A stretch of 64,000 nt of DNA from Podarcis erhardii (Eukaryota): the NCBI GenBank assembly GCA_964252035.1, contig OZ176200.1; one strand, 5' to 3'. Shown here in pieces: positions 40,100 to 53,499 of this stretch; position 1 is the stretch's first letter; each line of letters opens with the position of its first letter. The translations under genes were made by a program, and so were the position numbers. The notes beneath the pieces are model-generated. The model was given only the letters and a program-made list of their open reading frames with translations. It was not told the DNA's origin and did no database searches.

Positions 40100-41720
40100 A
40101 CAGTGCTGCATCTCTGCACCAGCTTTCTCCACCGAGGCTGGGGCATTTCCCTTTTAAGAGCTTGCGAAACTGGAAGGGAACGAGGCAAAGAAGGAAAATC
40201 TAGGCCATTGCCCCTTTTAAACTGCAATTCTGCCTGCCTGTCTCCCTTTAATCTGCACCCAAAGCCCCAGGATCAGAGGCTGACGTCATCCTGCCCCTGA
40301 GCCTCCCTCTCTGATTGGCTGAGGGTGACGTCAGGTGCTTTTTTTCAAGGCATGACCTCATCCTCAGTTCATTTTTAGTTCTAAAGTGCAACCTTCTGTC
40401 TTCCTGGATCCCTTCAGCCCTGTTAATGCTTATCTGTGCTACCTCCCCCCCCCACTACCCTCGCCCCTTCTGCAGATACATGCCTGCCCCTTAGTTACAG
40501 GGCTGACATTATGAGCGCATTTCAGTGTGGCTGCGCGCGTGTATTTGCAGAGGGTTAGATCTTGCATCATCAGCACTTGCCCCAGCGTTTTCAGAGCGTT
40601 TCCCATCCGACCTTCTCCTAATTGTGGTTAAATCATCCTGACGAATGTGCAGAAATCTGCAATCAGCTGGAGGGTTTAAAGGGCTTTGATCCTGGGCTGC
40701 AGAGGAAGTGCCAGGAAGGTAAGTGTTTTTAAATGTTATTAAGGATCCGCGCGAGAGTCGGGGGTGGCGGTGGGGACTGAACTTCCACGTATCGCTTAAT
40801 GACCCTGCAGAATACTGCAGTACGGGAGATCCCATGCGGGTTTGTATGGGGGGCGGGTGGGCAGCGGGGTGGGTGCTACAACCTGCACAGGCTTTTAATA
40901 CGCTTATTGGACCTTCCGCATCAAGACGCGAATGCTGCATGTTGCTGCATTCAGCATGCGTTCCCCTGGAATCCTATGTGTAATGCCGGCTTCTACTAGA
41001 TCTGTGACTGTGCATAAATTTAGTGCATGCATCGTAATCTTATCTGGGAGGGGAAGGCTTTGGGGATGGGGGAGTGGGGTGGTGCTAATTTTGGAAGGTA
41101 GAGTAGGTGCCGAAGGTTTTTGCAAAAAATAAATAAAGGTGTAATTCTAGCAGGAGGAACACCTCTCCAATGCTGCATACAGAAAAATGCGCAGTAGAGT
41201 CAGCCGTGCTGCAGGGAAGGGAGAACTGCGTTCAGCGAATCGCATATTTATGACGTGTGTTTAAGTAACAGGAGGGTTTTAAGAATCGGATTATACTAGG
41301 CTGAAATAAAACAGCAGGCTCCTGCGAAGTGGAGGGAAAGTCTCTGTGCTTATATATGTGTGTGCGCAGTTGTGACCGGGGCGGGGTGGGGGGGACGTGT
41401 TTGTGTGCGTTTCTGCTAAGAGGTGGTTGTTATGCCTCGAGACTTTTCCAGGAAGGATCAGACGAGGAGAAATGTTCAAGGCTCGCTTCGGATGCGGAGC
41501 GTGGAGTGTCCTCATTCTTCTTAGGATTGCGGGGGGAGAGAGAGACAGAGACGGTCCATAAAGCTTTCCCTCTGTGGTTTGTGAGGTTGGTGTTAACAGC
41601 CCTGTGGTTTCCTAATGCCGAAAGAGTTTGGTTTGCCGCCCGGTTCCTTGGCGCTTCGCAAGCACCCGAGGAAACAAGAGTCTGCTGCGTTTTACCTTGG
41701 CTAGCGCCTTGACTAGGAGC
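40100..41720. promoter_or_regulatory. CpG-rich promoter / first-exon region (probable DUSP8 CpG island)
   Basis: Visibly higher CpG density than the flanks; GC boxes GGGCGG (40851-40856) and GGGGCGGGG (41378-41386); half-CREs TGACG at 40639 and 41251; perfect donor AAG|GTAAGT with GT at 40719-40720. CpG obs/exp not computed. Confidence 0.65.
40281..40333 (+). promoter_or_regulatory. Likely DUSP8 promoter module: CRE - inverted CCAAT box - CRE
   Basis: Perfect palindromic TGACGTCA at 40281-40288 and 40326-40333, with ATTGG at 40314-40318, at the 5' edge of a CpG-rich region upstream of the DUSP8 coding exon. Confidence 0.75.
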
Positions 41721-41721
41721 A

Positions 41722-41724
<3 letters not shown>

Positions 41725-41774
<50 letters not shown>
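41725..41774. repeat. (GT)25 microsatellite at the 3' edge of the CpG-rich region
   Basis: Directly visible. Confidence 0.97.
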
Positions 41775-41779
<5 letters not shown>

Positions 41780-44494
41780 GATTCAGCATTTGACGGTTTG
41801 AAAACAACAACCACCTCATCCAATAGAATGGTCAGGAAGGTTTGCCCACATTTCATGTCTTCAGTTCAGTCAGGAACAGAGCAGGAAGGGCCTCCCCACC
41901 CCTTGGTGGTGGTGATGGGGGAAATAAGCACTTTTTTATTTTGTTTTTTGCACGATACAGAATTAAGATTTGGCTACAGCTGTGGCCAAGAAATACTGCA
42001 TGCAGACGTTCTTCTGGGGCCTTTCTGTAGGAGAGGGATTGCCGACTTGTCATAATACATGGATTTTTTGGGTGGGTGGGTGTGAAATCACTATGCTGTC
42101 AGTTGCAAAGGTTCTAATCCAAGCTTCATTGCTTTAGGCACCACACACACACTATTAACAACCTGCATCTCAGTACGATTAAAAATATAAGATTTCTCTA
42201 TACATCTCTCATAATGAACGTAAAGAGTTGTTTCAGCCTAGCTCCTGCAAGCATCAGCTTAATAGTACAGCCATCTACAGAAACGCTTGTACTCCCTTGT
42301 TTTGAAGCCTTGCAACAAATGACTCCCAATATCTTGCTGCAGTTAGGCTTAATTCTGGCACAACCCAGTTGAATTACGCTAGTCAAAATGCAAAAACTGC
42401 AGTGTGGAGGGACAGAAGCCCCCATGTAAATTAGCCGATGCAAGCCAGAACTTACCTTTTTGTACCTTTTTTTGGTAAGGCCAGTGCAACTTATATTTAA
42501 GGTTTGCATGACTACCTAGAAGCTTGGCATCACAACAACCCTGTGAGATAAATTAGGCTGAGAATACGTAAAACTGAGCAGACATTGATTTGCTTTATCC
42601 AGACATTCATCCAGCCATTGCATCAGGCTTACCCTCTGGGTACTATTTTATAAAAGTATGGATATTTTCACTGATGACACAAAGCGGTCAGCCTAGTCTT
42701 TCGTGCCACTTGTGTACAGGTGTGAACAATGGGAAAGTAAGGGAAACGAAGCTGTTTTTAAACCGAATGTGCATTCTAATTTGTGTAGGCTTTGCAATCG
42801 TATTTTGCATGCAGGGAATGCAAAAAAGAAAAAGAAAATACTTTCAGTGTCATGGATGAAAATGCTCTTTGTCTGTAATGAAGTCTAAGGAGGCTATGTG
42901 TGAATGGTCATTGCATCCAAGCCAGGGAAGTGTGCTGAGCAGACAGCATTACATATTTTGATAGGTCAGCTGATTTGTTTTGCATGTGAACAATAGCTGA
43001 GCTCAAGTCTGAATGAAACGGTGTGAGCAATAAAGAGAGAAGGGTTGCTAGCTTCACTGCACTGGGTTCTAGATGTCTTCTGTTCACTTCAAACCTTGCA
43101 TGGGATGATCTCTCTCTTTCTCAGTCTCCCTCTCTCACACACAAACGCACACACACAGTTTGATCCCCTCTCCAGTTCTTTTCTTGTCACAGAAAGGGCC
43201 CAGATACCTCATCATAGGGAAGATGGACCAGGCGCCCTCCAGTCCCCCCAGACAAGGCTACCAGATTTCAACTTGGATATGTTTAATCATTCTAGAGCTG
43301 CAAAGGGATTCATCCACAGCATCCTGATCCTCTCTTTCTTCTTTGGCCCCTTTGTTCATCTTCTCTTTCCAACTGCTGAGTGGTTAAAAATAAATAAATC
43401 CCTGGTGGAAATGGTTGGTCAAGAAGCTGTGGATTCGGAAAATTCAAAACCGCCCCTTCCTTCATGGCTATGTGCTTGTTCAGAAACAGCATGATCTCTG
43501 GGTTGCAATTTAGCAGCTTGACTAGCAGGCCAGTGTAGACGTTTGAGACTGCGGTGTGTCACACGAAGAGAGCCTGCGCTTCCAAGGGGAATCCCACAAA
43601 GAAAAATGAAAAGCATCCCCAAAGCCCGGGGTCATTGGCCAAATACGATTGTGTACGAGGAAACACTCTCCCACTCTCAATTAGATTGAACGACCAGTCA
43701 GATTCAGAGTACGGCCATCTGCATCTGTGCACTGATTCAGTTCTTATGAGTTGTGCTGAGCGCCACTCATTAAAATGTCGAGCAGCAGGCAGTGCAGGTG
43801 AGAGCAGTGACTGGTGGGAGTTAGGAAGAGGATTGCAAAGCAAGCCTCCCGGTTGCTGGCCTGGCACTGCAGTGAAAAGCACTGTCCAGAAGCATCTTAA
43901 ATAGCATATGTTTAACTCCAGTACTGAGCTGTATGCTTTGCAGAAAACAGAAGGGTCACAGCACCTTCCCCGTCCTGAGCACATGCGTCTCTTGTGGCTT
44001 GACAGAAATGAAGGTGAGAAGCATAGCTTGGTACTGGGAGTATCAAATATGGACAGAAAATGAATGAACCTTACATCATTTCATTTCCTCATGCTGGAAA
44101 GGGGTTGTTTGTAGATGGGCTATTTCTCCACAGGGGCTTGGGGAAAACACTTCTTTGTTTGTTCACAGGTCCAGCTAGTGTGTTTCTGTAATGAGCAGGA
44201 TTTTTAAAACCCACACAATTGGCTGTGCAGGATGAAAACGCCTACTCTAAAGATCAAGCTATCCAGGCAAGAATTCTCCAACTGTTTAACCCTGAATATT
44301 CTCCAGTATGGCATAGCGAACTTGTTAAGTGTGTGGATATGTTTGTACCACAGATACAGGAGAAGGTGATCTTCAGGTGATGTGGTCACAAGTCAAAGAT
44401 TTAAGACCAGCACATTAAATTGGGCCTGGAAATAGACTAGCAGCCAGTGCAGCTGACAAACCACTGCCATAATTCAGTCAGAACCATGGGCTAG

Positions 44495-44496
<2 letters not shown>

Positions 44497-44526
<30 letters not shown>
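44497..44526. repeat. (GT)15 microsatellite
   Basis: Directly visible. Confidence 0.95.
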
Positions 44527-44528
<2 letters not shown>

Positions 44529-47500
44529 ACACGTGCACATTCATATAATATTGTATGGTATATGAAGTTAAACATGGTAGTAAGATGGTCTTCAGTGAAA
44601 CGTGGAAAAAGGCAACTAGAGATTCACTCTTTATTCATTATTCCATAGGAATAGCTAAAGGGGGAAAGTGGGGTGATGGTTTAGAAAGTGCTCTAAATAG
44701 GTAATGGTATGCACTGACAGAGCAGGGTGGAATGAATGGAATATGGCTTGTTGAAACTTTGTATATCCCTTCATCCTGGGCTTTTAATTTCACACGGTGA
44801 AATTTGCGCAGGCTTAGTGGATTCCACATCTGTGTTTGTGTGTTGTAGCAAAGAAGACAAGAGAGTCTGGCGACTTAAAGGCTGTTATTTCAGCATGAGA
44901 TTTCACATCCTTGTTTAAAAAGATGGAGAAAGTATGCAGCATGTAAACAAGAGAAACACAGCACTGAGTATTTATAAAGTATGGCCCTGTCACTGAGTTA
45001 TCTGCAAGAAAGCTGCAATTTTTATTTATTTTACTTTTGTACAGGGGTCATATAAAATCCTTGCAAACTGCAGCAACCTTTCACTTTAGCGGCAGGACAG
45101 AGCCATTTCAATGCTTTCTATCCAAATGAATATTAAGTTAAAACTAGTTCTTCAAGCTCTGCATTTTGCAAAATTATTTCATCAAATATTCGTTTGGAGT
45201 AAGTTAGTCAGGGCAAGATAACATAGTGGAAGAGAAGTGAACCTATTATTGGGTTTTTCTAAGGCTTGTCTGCACTCTAGCAGTGGGACCATAATGCCTA
45301 CTTCATCATAAATTTGGGTTTAACAGTGCATTATATAGAAGGGCAAGCAGTTACTACATTTGTTTATTCATTTATTTAAAAATAGCGGGTATTTTCCTGT
45401 TTGCAATTCATTGATTTATATGTTTCAGTGTAGACTATCAGTAGAATTAGTCAGAGCTATTTTATATGAAATCAATTATGGGATATATTAATATGGGCTT
45501 GATTTCTACTCATGGCTGACAGTTTAATCTTTGCTGCTGATTTAATAGAGACTTAGACCACATCTTGCAGTCAAATTTATACTGGCGTGGTTTTTTTCTT
45601 TAAATGTGGAGAAGCTGGGTGGGCCAACATAGTTTATTTTGTAGTGAGCTAATTGAGGTTTTTTTGTAGCATTTATGCTGGTTTAACTGCTGTAAGTTTA
45701 CTCTCTCGCATATTAGTGAAAACTGAAAGCAAGTGCACTTGAAAAAATGCAAGTGCTTCTGAAAAGTAGGCGGCTTTTGGCAATTTTCCTGTAGACACAA
45801 AGTGGTTTCTTATGGTAGTCTTAATGGACTGTTGATGGAATAAAGTACCAGAGTCTTACATCACTTGCAATCAAGCTGAAATGGGAAGCGGAGGAGAAAA
45901 TACAGTGAATTAAACTCTGCAAAATTAAACACACACATGTTTCTGAGGCATTAAAATAGCATAAATGGTAAAGATACCTAAAGAGTTAATCAACAGTGTA
46001 AATATTTCTTACACTGCTATCTAAGTCATGACTGCCAGTAAATCATCTTTCCTACTTTTTATGCCAATATGGCAACAATGTTGTAAAAAGCTATTGAAGA
46101 GCTTCTTAACTGTTTCAATTAATTAAAACTACAGAGAGCCAGTGTGGTGTAATGGATAGATGTGAGATTAGAATTGGCGGTAGGGGTGCGCTGCATGGGA
46201 ATAGTAGAAATTGTGGAAGCAAGATAATTGAAATTGGAAATTATTTTCTTGATGTCATTTTGATGCCTCGTGCTCATTATCTTTTTTGGTGGAGTTGTCT
46301 ATTCCAGATACCTTTTCCAGTACCTGGAGTCCTGGTCACCCCATTTTTCTTCAGATATTTCTTGTTGTTCTTTAAGCCACAAGTGAGGTGGGTTTCTACA
46401 TTTCCTTACTGGTTCCATATTATGTGAAAGACACAGAAACAAGAAAGATAAAATATTTTAGTAGATCAACTTTGCAGGGGAAAGACTGACGTTTCAGTTG
46501 GACTGTTACAGTTTGCAAAACTTTCAGGACTCAGAGCCCATCTTTTGCAAAGCACTGCTCTCCCAACAATAGTTAGCAAATGAAAAGTCCCTCTACCATA
46601 TGTTGGGCTGGTGTAGATCTGGAAGTTTTGTTTAACGTCTCTCCCATCACTTGGACCACAGTTGCTCTGTGTGTGTCAGAGACAGAGACTGCTGCTATGA
46701 GCTTTAAACTATTGATCTGCATTATAGTAATTTTCCTTTCGGAGCATTGGCTTCTGTGGAGATACAGGACTTGGATCTTCATCTGTCTCACTGTTAGCCT
46801 GGCTTTGAATTGGGTTAGCTCCAAGGTGCACTAATTTGTTACATTAAGCTGTTCAGTAGGTATGGTTCATAGACTGTGCCAATATGTGGAACTCCTGCCC
46901 AGCACTGAAAAATGAAAAAAGGCGATACAAGATGGATTTCTTTATGTTCTCAGCTGATGGTCTGAAACATGAATTCTCCCTTTGTACATAGGTAGGAAGT
47001 GCATAAATAATTTTCTTTACCATTAATGTTAAAACTTCAATTAACATCAGTAAGGTCCATATTCAGTAGTTTCACACATTCTGGCCAGTTTATGTTGATG
47101 TGTATAGCAATATGTGCAAAATAAACAGGGGAGAAAACTACTCTGGAGTGGGTGTTTACACATTTATTTAGCTATTTCTTCTTTTTTATCAGTCATATAC
47201 CAGTTCTAGTGAAATTCTAAAGCTAAAGTGAGATCAGCAGCAAAATGGCGTAGGGGAAAGGATTAAGGCTGTGCATCACTGGATTGCATCTGATTCAACC
47301 ATGTTTAAACTATGTCATGGAAAATAAGTAGGCATTGTATCTGTAGTTTTAATTCATTACTGAAACAGGGATGAATAAAACCCTTTATATGAGCATGCCT
47401 GTCCGCTTCAGAGCAACGCTTACAGGATGAATTCATGTAATGGTTAATGCATTACAAGCTTGCTGCGGGCCTCCTTTCCTTTCCATTGACAAATACTATG

Positions 47501-48088
47501 CTAAGAGACTTGGACTGTGTTGATGGTGTATATTTATTGATTACATTTTTATCTTGCTGTCCCTGCTATGAGCTCAGCACTGTGTGTGTTGCTCCTTCCT
47601 CCTCCTCCCAGTCTTCCTATGCTGTGTTGAAAGGTAGCCCAAAGTGCTTCCAAATGAATTGTGCATTTGAACATGGGCACCTTTGAACCTAGTACAACAA
47701 GAACTGACAACACAGGCAGGCAACCAGTCAGGTCTTGAAAATCCCAAATGTGCTATGTGTGTGTGTGTGTGTGTGTTGAGTGGTGATGTTCCTCAAATTT
47801 CTGTTTCTTTTGTCAAGGAAATTTGCATGGCTGTGTGCAAGATAGTGCTTAAAAATCTGGTGACAAAGAAATTACTCGATGGATGCAAGAAGCAGTTTTG
47901 TTAAGCACGGCACATTCTTTGTCCAGGGAAATGTATATACCTTTTTAAATATATACAGTATGCTTTCCTTTTTTATTGCTCCTAAAAGGAGGCACTGATA
48001 AAGAAAAGCTTGCCTTCTGCAATGCATTTTGGAGCGAGTAAAAAAAAAGGAATATTAGAATATATATTTCTGTGACAAAGAGCTAAAC

Positions 48089-48225
48089 CGGGGCTGGGAA
48101 ACCTGTGGCCCTCCAGATGTTGCTGGACTCCAGCTCCCATCAGCCCCAGTCAGCATGGTCAGTAGTCAAGGATGATGGGAGTTATATTTCAACAGCATAT
48201 GGAGGGCCACAGGTTCCCATCCAAG
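48089..48225. mobile_element. Short palindromic hAT-type MITE
   Basis: Arms ...acctgtggccctccagatgttg / catatggagggccacaggtt...; perfect 8-bp TSD AGCTAAAC at 48081-48088 and 48226-48233. Confidence 0.88.
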
Positions 48226-51200
48226 AGCTAAACTCAAGAAGTGCTGTTTTTCAGAATAAAAAACTGCTTGCTTCAGCATTTGAATCATTCCATTTGCCTC
48301 TGGATATCCAGTGCCAGTGGCCCCAGAATTTGAGGCTGGTGCCTTGACATTTTGCATTACTTGGCCTATAAGCAATCAAGTGATGGCTTCTGTTATCATG
48401 TGAGAATTATGGTCATTTGAGTTCTTTGAATGTCTTCTCCTTTTGTTTGCTAAAATCTGAGTTATCATTTTCACGAGGCCGTTCTTTTTTAAGCCTTCCT
48501 CCCCCCCCCCCACTTGTTCCTAGCTTTGACACCAGCATATGGTTTGATCAACTAGTAACTGGCCCCAAAGATGGAGATATGGTGCCAAATTGGAAAGGGA
48601 TTCAAAAGGAAGAAAAATTCCACTTGGTTCTTTCCCATGACCAGTGGGCTTTGTTGCACCTAAAAGACCAGCTGCCCTAACTGCTTTTCATTTCCCCTTC
48701 TAAAGAACTACTGGAACGTGTGATAGGGTTGCCAGCATCCTGGCTTGACCTGCTCCTGTGTCGTTAACAGCAGGCTGGTCTAAAGAAATTGGTAGCTTTT
48801 TATTGCATGGGCATGGCACGGAGCATATTGCCATCTGCTAATGATCTGTATCAGCCTTCCCTAGTCCAGCTGTGCTGCCTGGAGATAATGGAGGGCACCA
48901 GGTGGAGAAGGATGATATAGACCAACCTTAAAGGCGAAGGTGCAATGGCTGATCAAATGTTTACATTCCTAACTGGTAGTAGACCAGGTTATTTCCAATC
49001 CACATTATTCAGGACTGTGCACTTAAGCAGGAGCTGGAGCCAGTCTCACCTTGGAGGATGTCTTCATGTTGGATGTTTCTGCAAATGTTTCTTGCATAAA
49101 CACTTTACACTTGTAGGTGCATAATGCTAAAAACTTTATTGTGCACCTTAAAACGTAATTGTGAAGTGGCCTCCTTGGATAGGGCATGCCATCAGACAAA
49201 GGACAGGCTTTTGATAACAAGAATGCCCTAAAAAGTATACAACTTTGGAATCCATTTTTGAGAACAAATACTGCAATGTTCTGGCTCCCTTTTCCAGCCA
49301 AAGTGGCTAATGAGCTGACCCATTTTGCCAGCTGTTACATCAATGATCCCACTGGAGATTATCTGTGCTGGAATGCTTTTTCCCTATTCTGTAAATTGGT
49401 GCAGTGAGGAATGAGAGATTTTGTGATGCAAGAAGAAAACCATTAAATTCCAGCAGTGCACATTTGCTACTCTGGGTAGCTGGGCTGGATGAGGGAGGAA
49501 GAAGAACATTCAGTTGGTTGATCTCTTACCCTCCCCCCAAAACACTGCATCAGCAAACACAGCAATCCTGTTTGTAAATCGCAATTTTCAACCTAAAATT
49601 CAGGAATCGCATATCCCATAGTGTTGGCCCATCATCTGCATGCCAGATGTTCTTCCTCTTGGCATAAAGGTAGAGTATGTAAGTAGGACCTCTCCAAGCT
49701 CCCCGATAGTGCCAGCCTATGAATCTCTTTGAGAAACTATTGTGCTTACAAGTACTGGTGCTTGCAGGAAGTTGGACAGGTCTTGAACTGGATTGAACAG
49801 CTAAGGAACGGTCACACCTAGGCCAGTGTTTTGCATTACTTTTTATTATACTGGAGGACTTAGGAATGCAGAGGTCTTTCTGGAATTCCGCTTTTATAGT
49901 CAGTCATTGGAGTTCATGGGAAGGGTACATTGTTGTCTTCTTATGTGAGTCACTCCTATGATTTGAACCATATCATTGGGTAGGTTTATACATGTGCTTA
50001 TTTGTTGAAAAGTCATGGCTCTGCTGAGAATGCAGGAGTTCAGTGGACCATTTTGAGTTGGGAGACTATGGACAAGCTCCCACAAATATTAGACTTGTTT
50101 CGTATCTCTGCCTCTTCAGAGTGCAGGTAAGGCTGGCCTAATTGAATATGCTCCAGAAATCTTTCCCAAACACAGAAAACTGGATGTTCAGGGGGAAAGG
50201 TTTTAGTCTAGTGTACTCCCAAGCGTGCTAGTTTGTATATACAGAAAAGTATTTTGATTCATGTTCTTATTAACAGATTTTGGCTTTTCACTTGTACTTG
50301 TCACAGTGCTAAAGAGTCTTACAAATGCCAATCAATTTCCATATGGGCAGCAAGAATGAGGGCTACAAGATCTTATGAAGGAAACATATAATCTTTGCTG
50401 GGAAGATGCCTAGGACAGATGGTCTAGGAATGGATTGACCCATTCTTTTTTTGTTAATTTATTGGTATAGAATTGAGAAACTGCCTTCCAGGTCCACAAT
50501 GTGTGTTATTTGCAGTTCAATGAGCATATTAGGAAATGCAACTTAAACTCCACTATAAGAAGACTGAAATGTCAACAGTGAATCAACCTTGTTCAGTGAT
50601 TAAACAGTCTTTAATTATTTTTGTGTGTCAAATAGAGGTCCAGAACTCAGGTTATATAGCATGCCCAGTGTCTGCTTCACATGCTTCTTATAAACTATCC
50701 ATGTTTCCACAGGACAGGCTAAGAAAGCTGTTGTAAATACTGGAAACCAAGGCAATTCATGTGAAGCGTGTGGCATTAATTTCCAATATATTTTTGACTA
50801 TTTCATTCTAGTAAGTTGCCTTGAGGTCTTTTTTTAGATAGGTGTGCTATCCCTTCTTTTTTCTTTTTTGAATAAATAAGTAATATAAAATAAGACTTGA
50901 TTGGCATGAGCAGTGAAAATCTGCACTCATGAAAGTAACTTCTGTGCTGAACGTCTTTTAATGAGCGATGTTACGAAAATGCTAATTACGCATATGTTGC
51001 CCTATTTTTCTAATTGCACCTGTTTTCAACATTGGTTTGCTCTTCAAAAGTTAGCCAGAGGGAGTGCAGAGATTAGTACAGAAAAAAGGAGGGCTGAGAG
51101 TGGAATCCTACCCGATTTGAGTGGATAAGGGCCATCTCTTGAAAAAGACTTTCAAAGATGCTTTTGGGCCCCAAAGCAGACAAGGTATCTCCACCCACAC

Positions 51201-52058
51201 ATAGTGGGCAACACCTTAACAGGGCAGTCTGTGGAGATGTTGTCGTCTCCCCATTCCAAACTGATGTCCTGACTGTAGGAAATTGCCTGGGCAGCAGAGA
51301 GAACCAGGCTATGCCTGAAATAGTAAGAAACCTGGTCAGTGTCTGCCGGGGCTCTAAGGTATAGCTGTTGCCTGGCATCTGTGCGGTTGCTGTGGAAACA
51401 CAAGGCGCTAACTTGTTAATAGGACTCGTATCCTTGCGGCAAAAAGATGAATAATGATTTGGTAATAGTCATGTGATGTAGGGATTCCTTGTGTGGCACG
51501 GGGTGGGTGCTAGAGTGAGGCTTGCTAAGCACTTAAGCACTTGAAAGAAGAAGGGGTGGGTGGAAGGGAGGGAGGGGGTAGGGAGAGATTTTAGCTACAG
51601 TGCCAGAATTTACATCTTAATAAGACTGTAGGTAGCTGCCCAACTTAAGCCATCCTGCCAGCATTTCAGGTTCTAAGCTGACAGTTACTTGCCTTAGTAA
51701 TCCTTCCGGCAGATAATAAACTGCCATGCCTGAAGACTGAACCAAGAATTACTTTCTGTCAACCCCTTGCCCTGCACATATTTTATTCTGAAGGCTTGCA
51801 CACACTGTTACCCTTTACCCTTTAATTGCTGTACCAGGAAGCAAGTGCTACATGTAGCTCCCTACATAATGGCAGCCCTGTCTCCAAGCGGTGGCTACAG
51901 AAGATGCACTAAACAGCAGCTGGAAGCCCCAGGGCTATATCTGGCCTCTTACTTGCCAGGCTAGAAACAAATGGGGTATGGAGAAAATAGCTGGGGATTC
52001 ACTCAGACCATCTCACTATGTGTTTGGTGGCTGTGTGAACATGCAAATAGATGTAGAT

Positions 52059-52292
52059 CATGGGTAGGCAAACTAAGGCCCAGGCCCAATTGCCTTCTCA
52101 GTCTGGCCCGTGGACAGTCCAGATATCATCGTGTTTTTACATGAGTAGAATGTGTCCTTTTATTTAAAATGCATCTCTGGGTTATTTGTGGGGCATAGGA
52201 GTTTGTTCATTCCCCCCCAAATATTGTCTGCCCCCCACAAGGTCTGAGGGACAGTGGACTGGCCCCCTGCTGAAAAAGTTTGCTGACCCCTG
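52059..52292. mobile_element. hAT (Charlie-like) MITE
   Basis: TIRs CATGGGTAGGCAAACT / AGTTTGCTGACCCCTG (13/16); perfect 8-bp TSD ATGTAGAT at 52051-52058 and 52293-52300. Confidence 0.9.
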
Positions 52293-52494
52293 ATGTAGAT
52301 CCTGAATGGCACACAATACCGCCCCTCCACATGCTCCACCATGGAGGAGCACATATTCTACATTGCAATGTGCCTGCAATTGTGTTGCAGCATTCCCTGC
52401 TAACCAGTTTCAGCTACAAAAAGAGCCTCATGTCCAGTACTGTACATGCAATAATTTATTTGTGTAGTTAGCAACACTTGAACGGAAAGCTAAT

Positions 52495-53340
52495 CCTGGT
52501 CCAGCAATGGTCATAGCTCTTATATTGGCCAAAACTGGTCAAGGGGCTGCAGAGGCTATCTGGGCCTCCACTAATGTAGCTGGTTGCAGGAGCACCTCCA
52601 GATTGTGTGTCTTCTCTTTCAGAGAGGCTGTAACTTCATTCAAGGCTGACAGTTGGCCAGCTTCTCAGACACAGAAACCACTCGCCCACAGAGCCTTTCC
52701 TGCCAAGATTCTAGCTCGTTTCCCCTCATTCATTCCACCACTCCATCCAGGTATGCATCCAGGACCTGCATGGCATCTTGCTTCAGACAGAGAAATAGAG
52801 CTGAGTGTCACCAGCATACTTTTGGTAGCTTGTGTTAAATCTTCTAATGGCCACAAATAGCACTGGGCATAAAGTAGTGCTCCATAGCTTAATTGCTTGG
52901 GGACCAGAAAGCACTGTCCCAATGCTACTGACTGTGCTTGGCCCAGCAGATAGGACTGGAACCACTGTTACACAGTGCCCCTGATACCCATCCCACAGAG
53001 CTAATCCAGGAGGATACCATGGTCAATAGTGTCAAAAGCCACCAAGTGACTGAGAAGAAGGGGCAAGTTCACACTCCCCTTGTCTCATTCTTGATAATGG
53101 TCATCCATCGGGGCAACCAAGACCAATTGGGTCCCATGGCTAGGCCTGAAACCAGATTGGAATGGGTCTAGATCAGGGTTAGGGAACAGGATGTGGTCAG
53201 CTGGCAGGCTAGTCGTTCAAGTCCCTCAGCCCCTTGGTGATGATTGCAAACTCTGCTTTGGAAGGAGTTGGCTGCATTTGGGCATGGCTTGCATCTGGTG
53301 CCCAATTTAAAAGGTGCTGAATGCAAGCCCTGCTTGTCAA
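52495..53340 (-). mobile_element. L2 LINE reverse-transcriptase remnant (stops and frameshifts)
   Basis: The minus strand translates in pieces to DLDPFQSGFRP, AFDTIDHGILL and YAGDTQLY (degenerate YADD motif), typical of L2/CR1-clade RT. Confidence 0.85.
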
Positions 53341-53499
53341 GGAATTATTAGAAGTACACTTTAAGGTTTCTGATTTGTTCTTTCTCAGCCATGGTTTTAC
53401 TAGCACCACATCTGATGTCTTGTACGGAAAAATAAGGACACATAGGCTGGAAGTTTTGGTACATAGGCCAGAAGTTTGCCATGCCTGCTTTAGATTAGG

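Noticed and set aside
46580-46834. 84-aa ORF with hydrophobic segments
   Set aside because: No recognisable family or supporting splice context; the length is expected by chance in intron DNA.
50120-50126. Possible 7-nt microexon (ctcttcAG|AGTGCAG|GTAAGG) in DUSP8 intron 1
   Set aside because: Such motif pairs arise by chance in 19 kb; it would be non-coding and has no support without RNA-seq.
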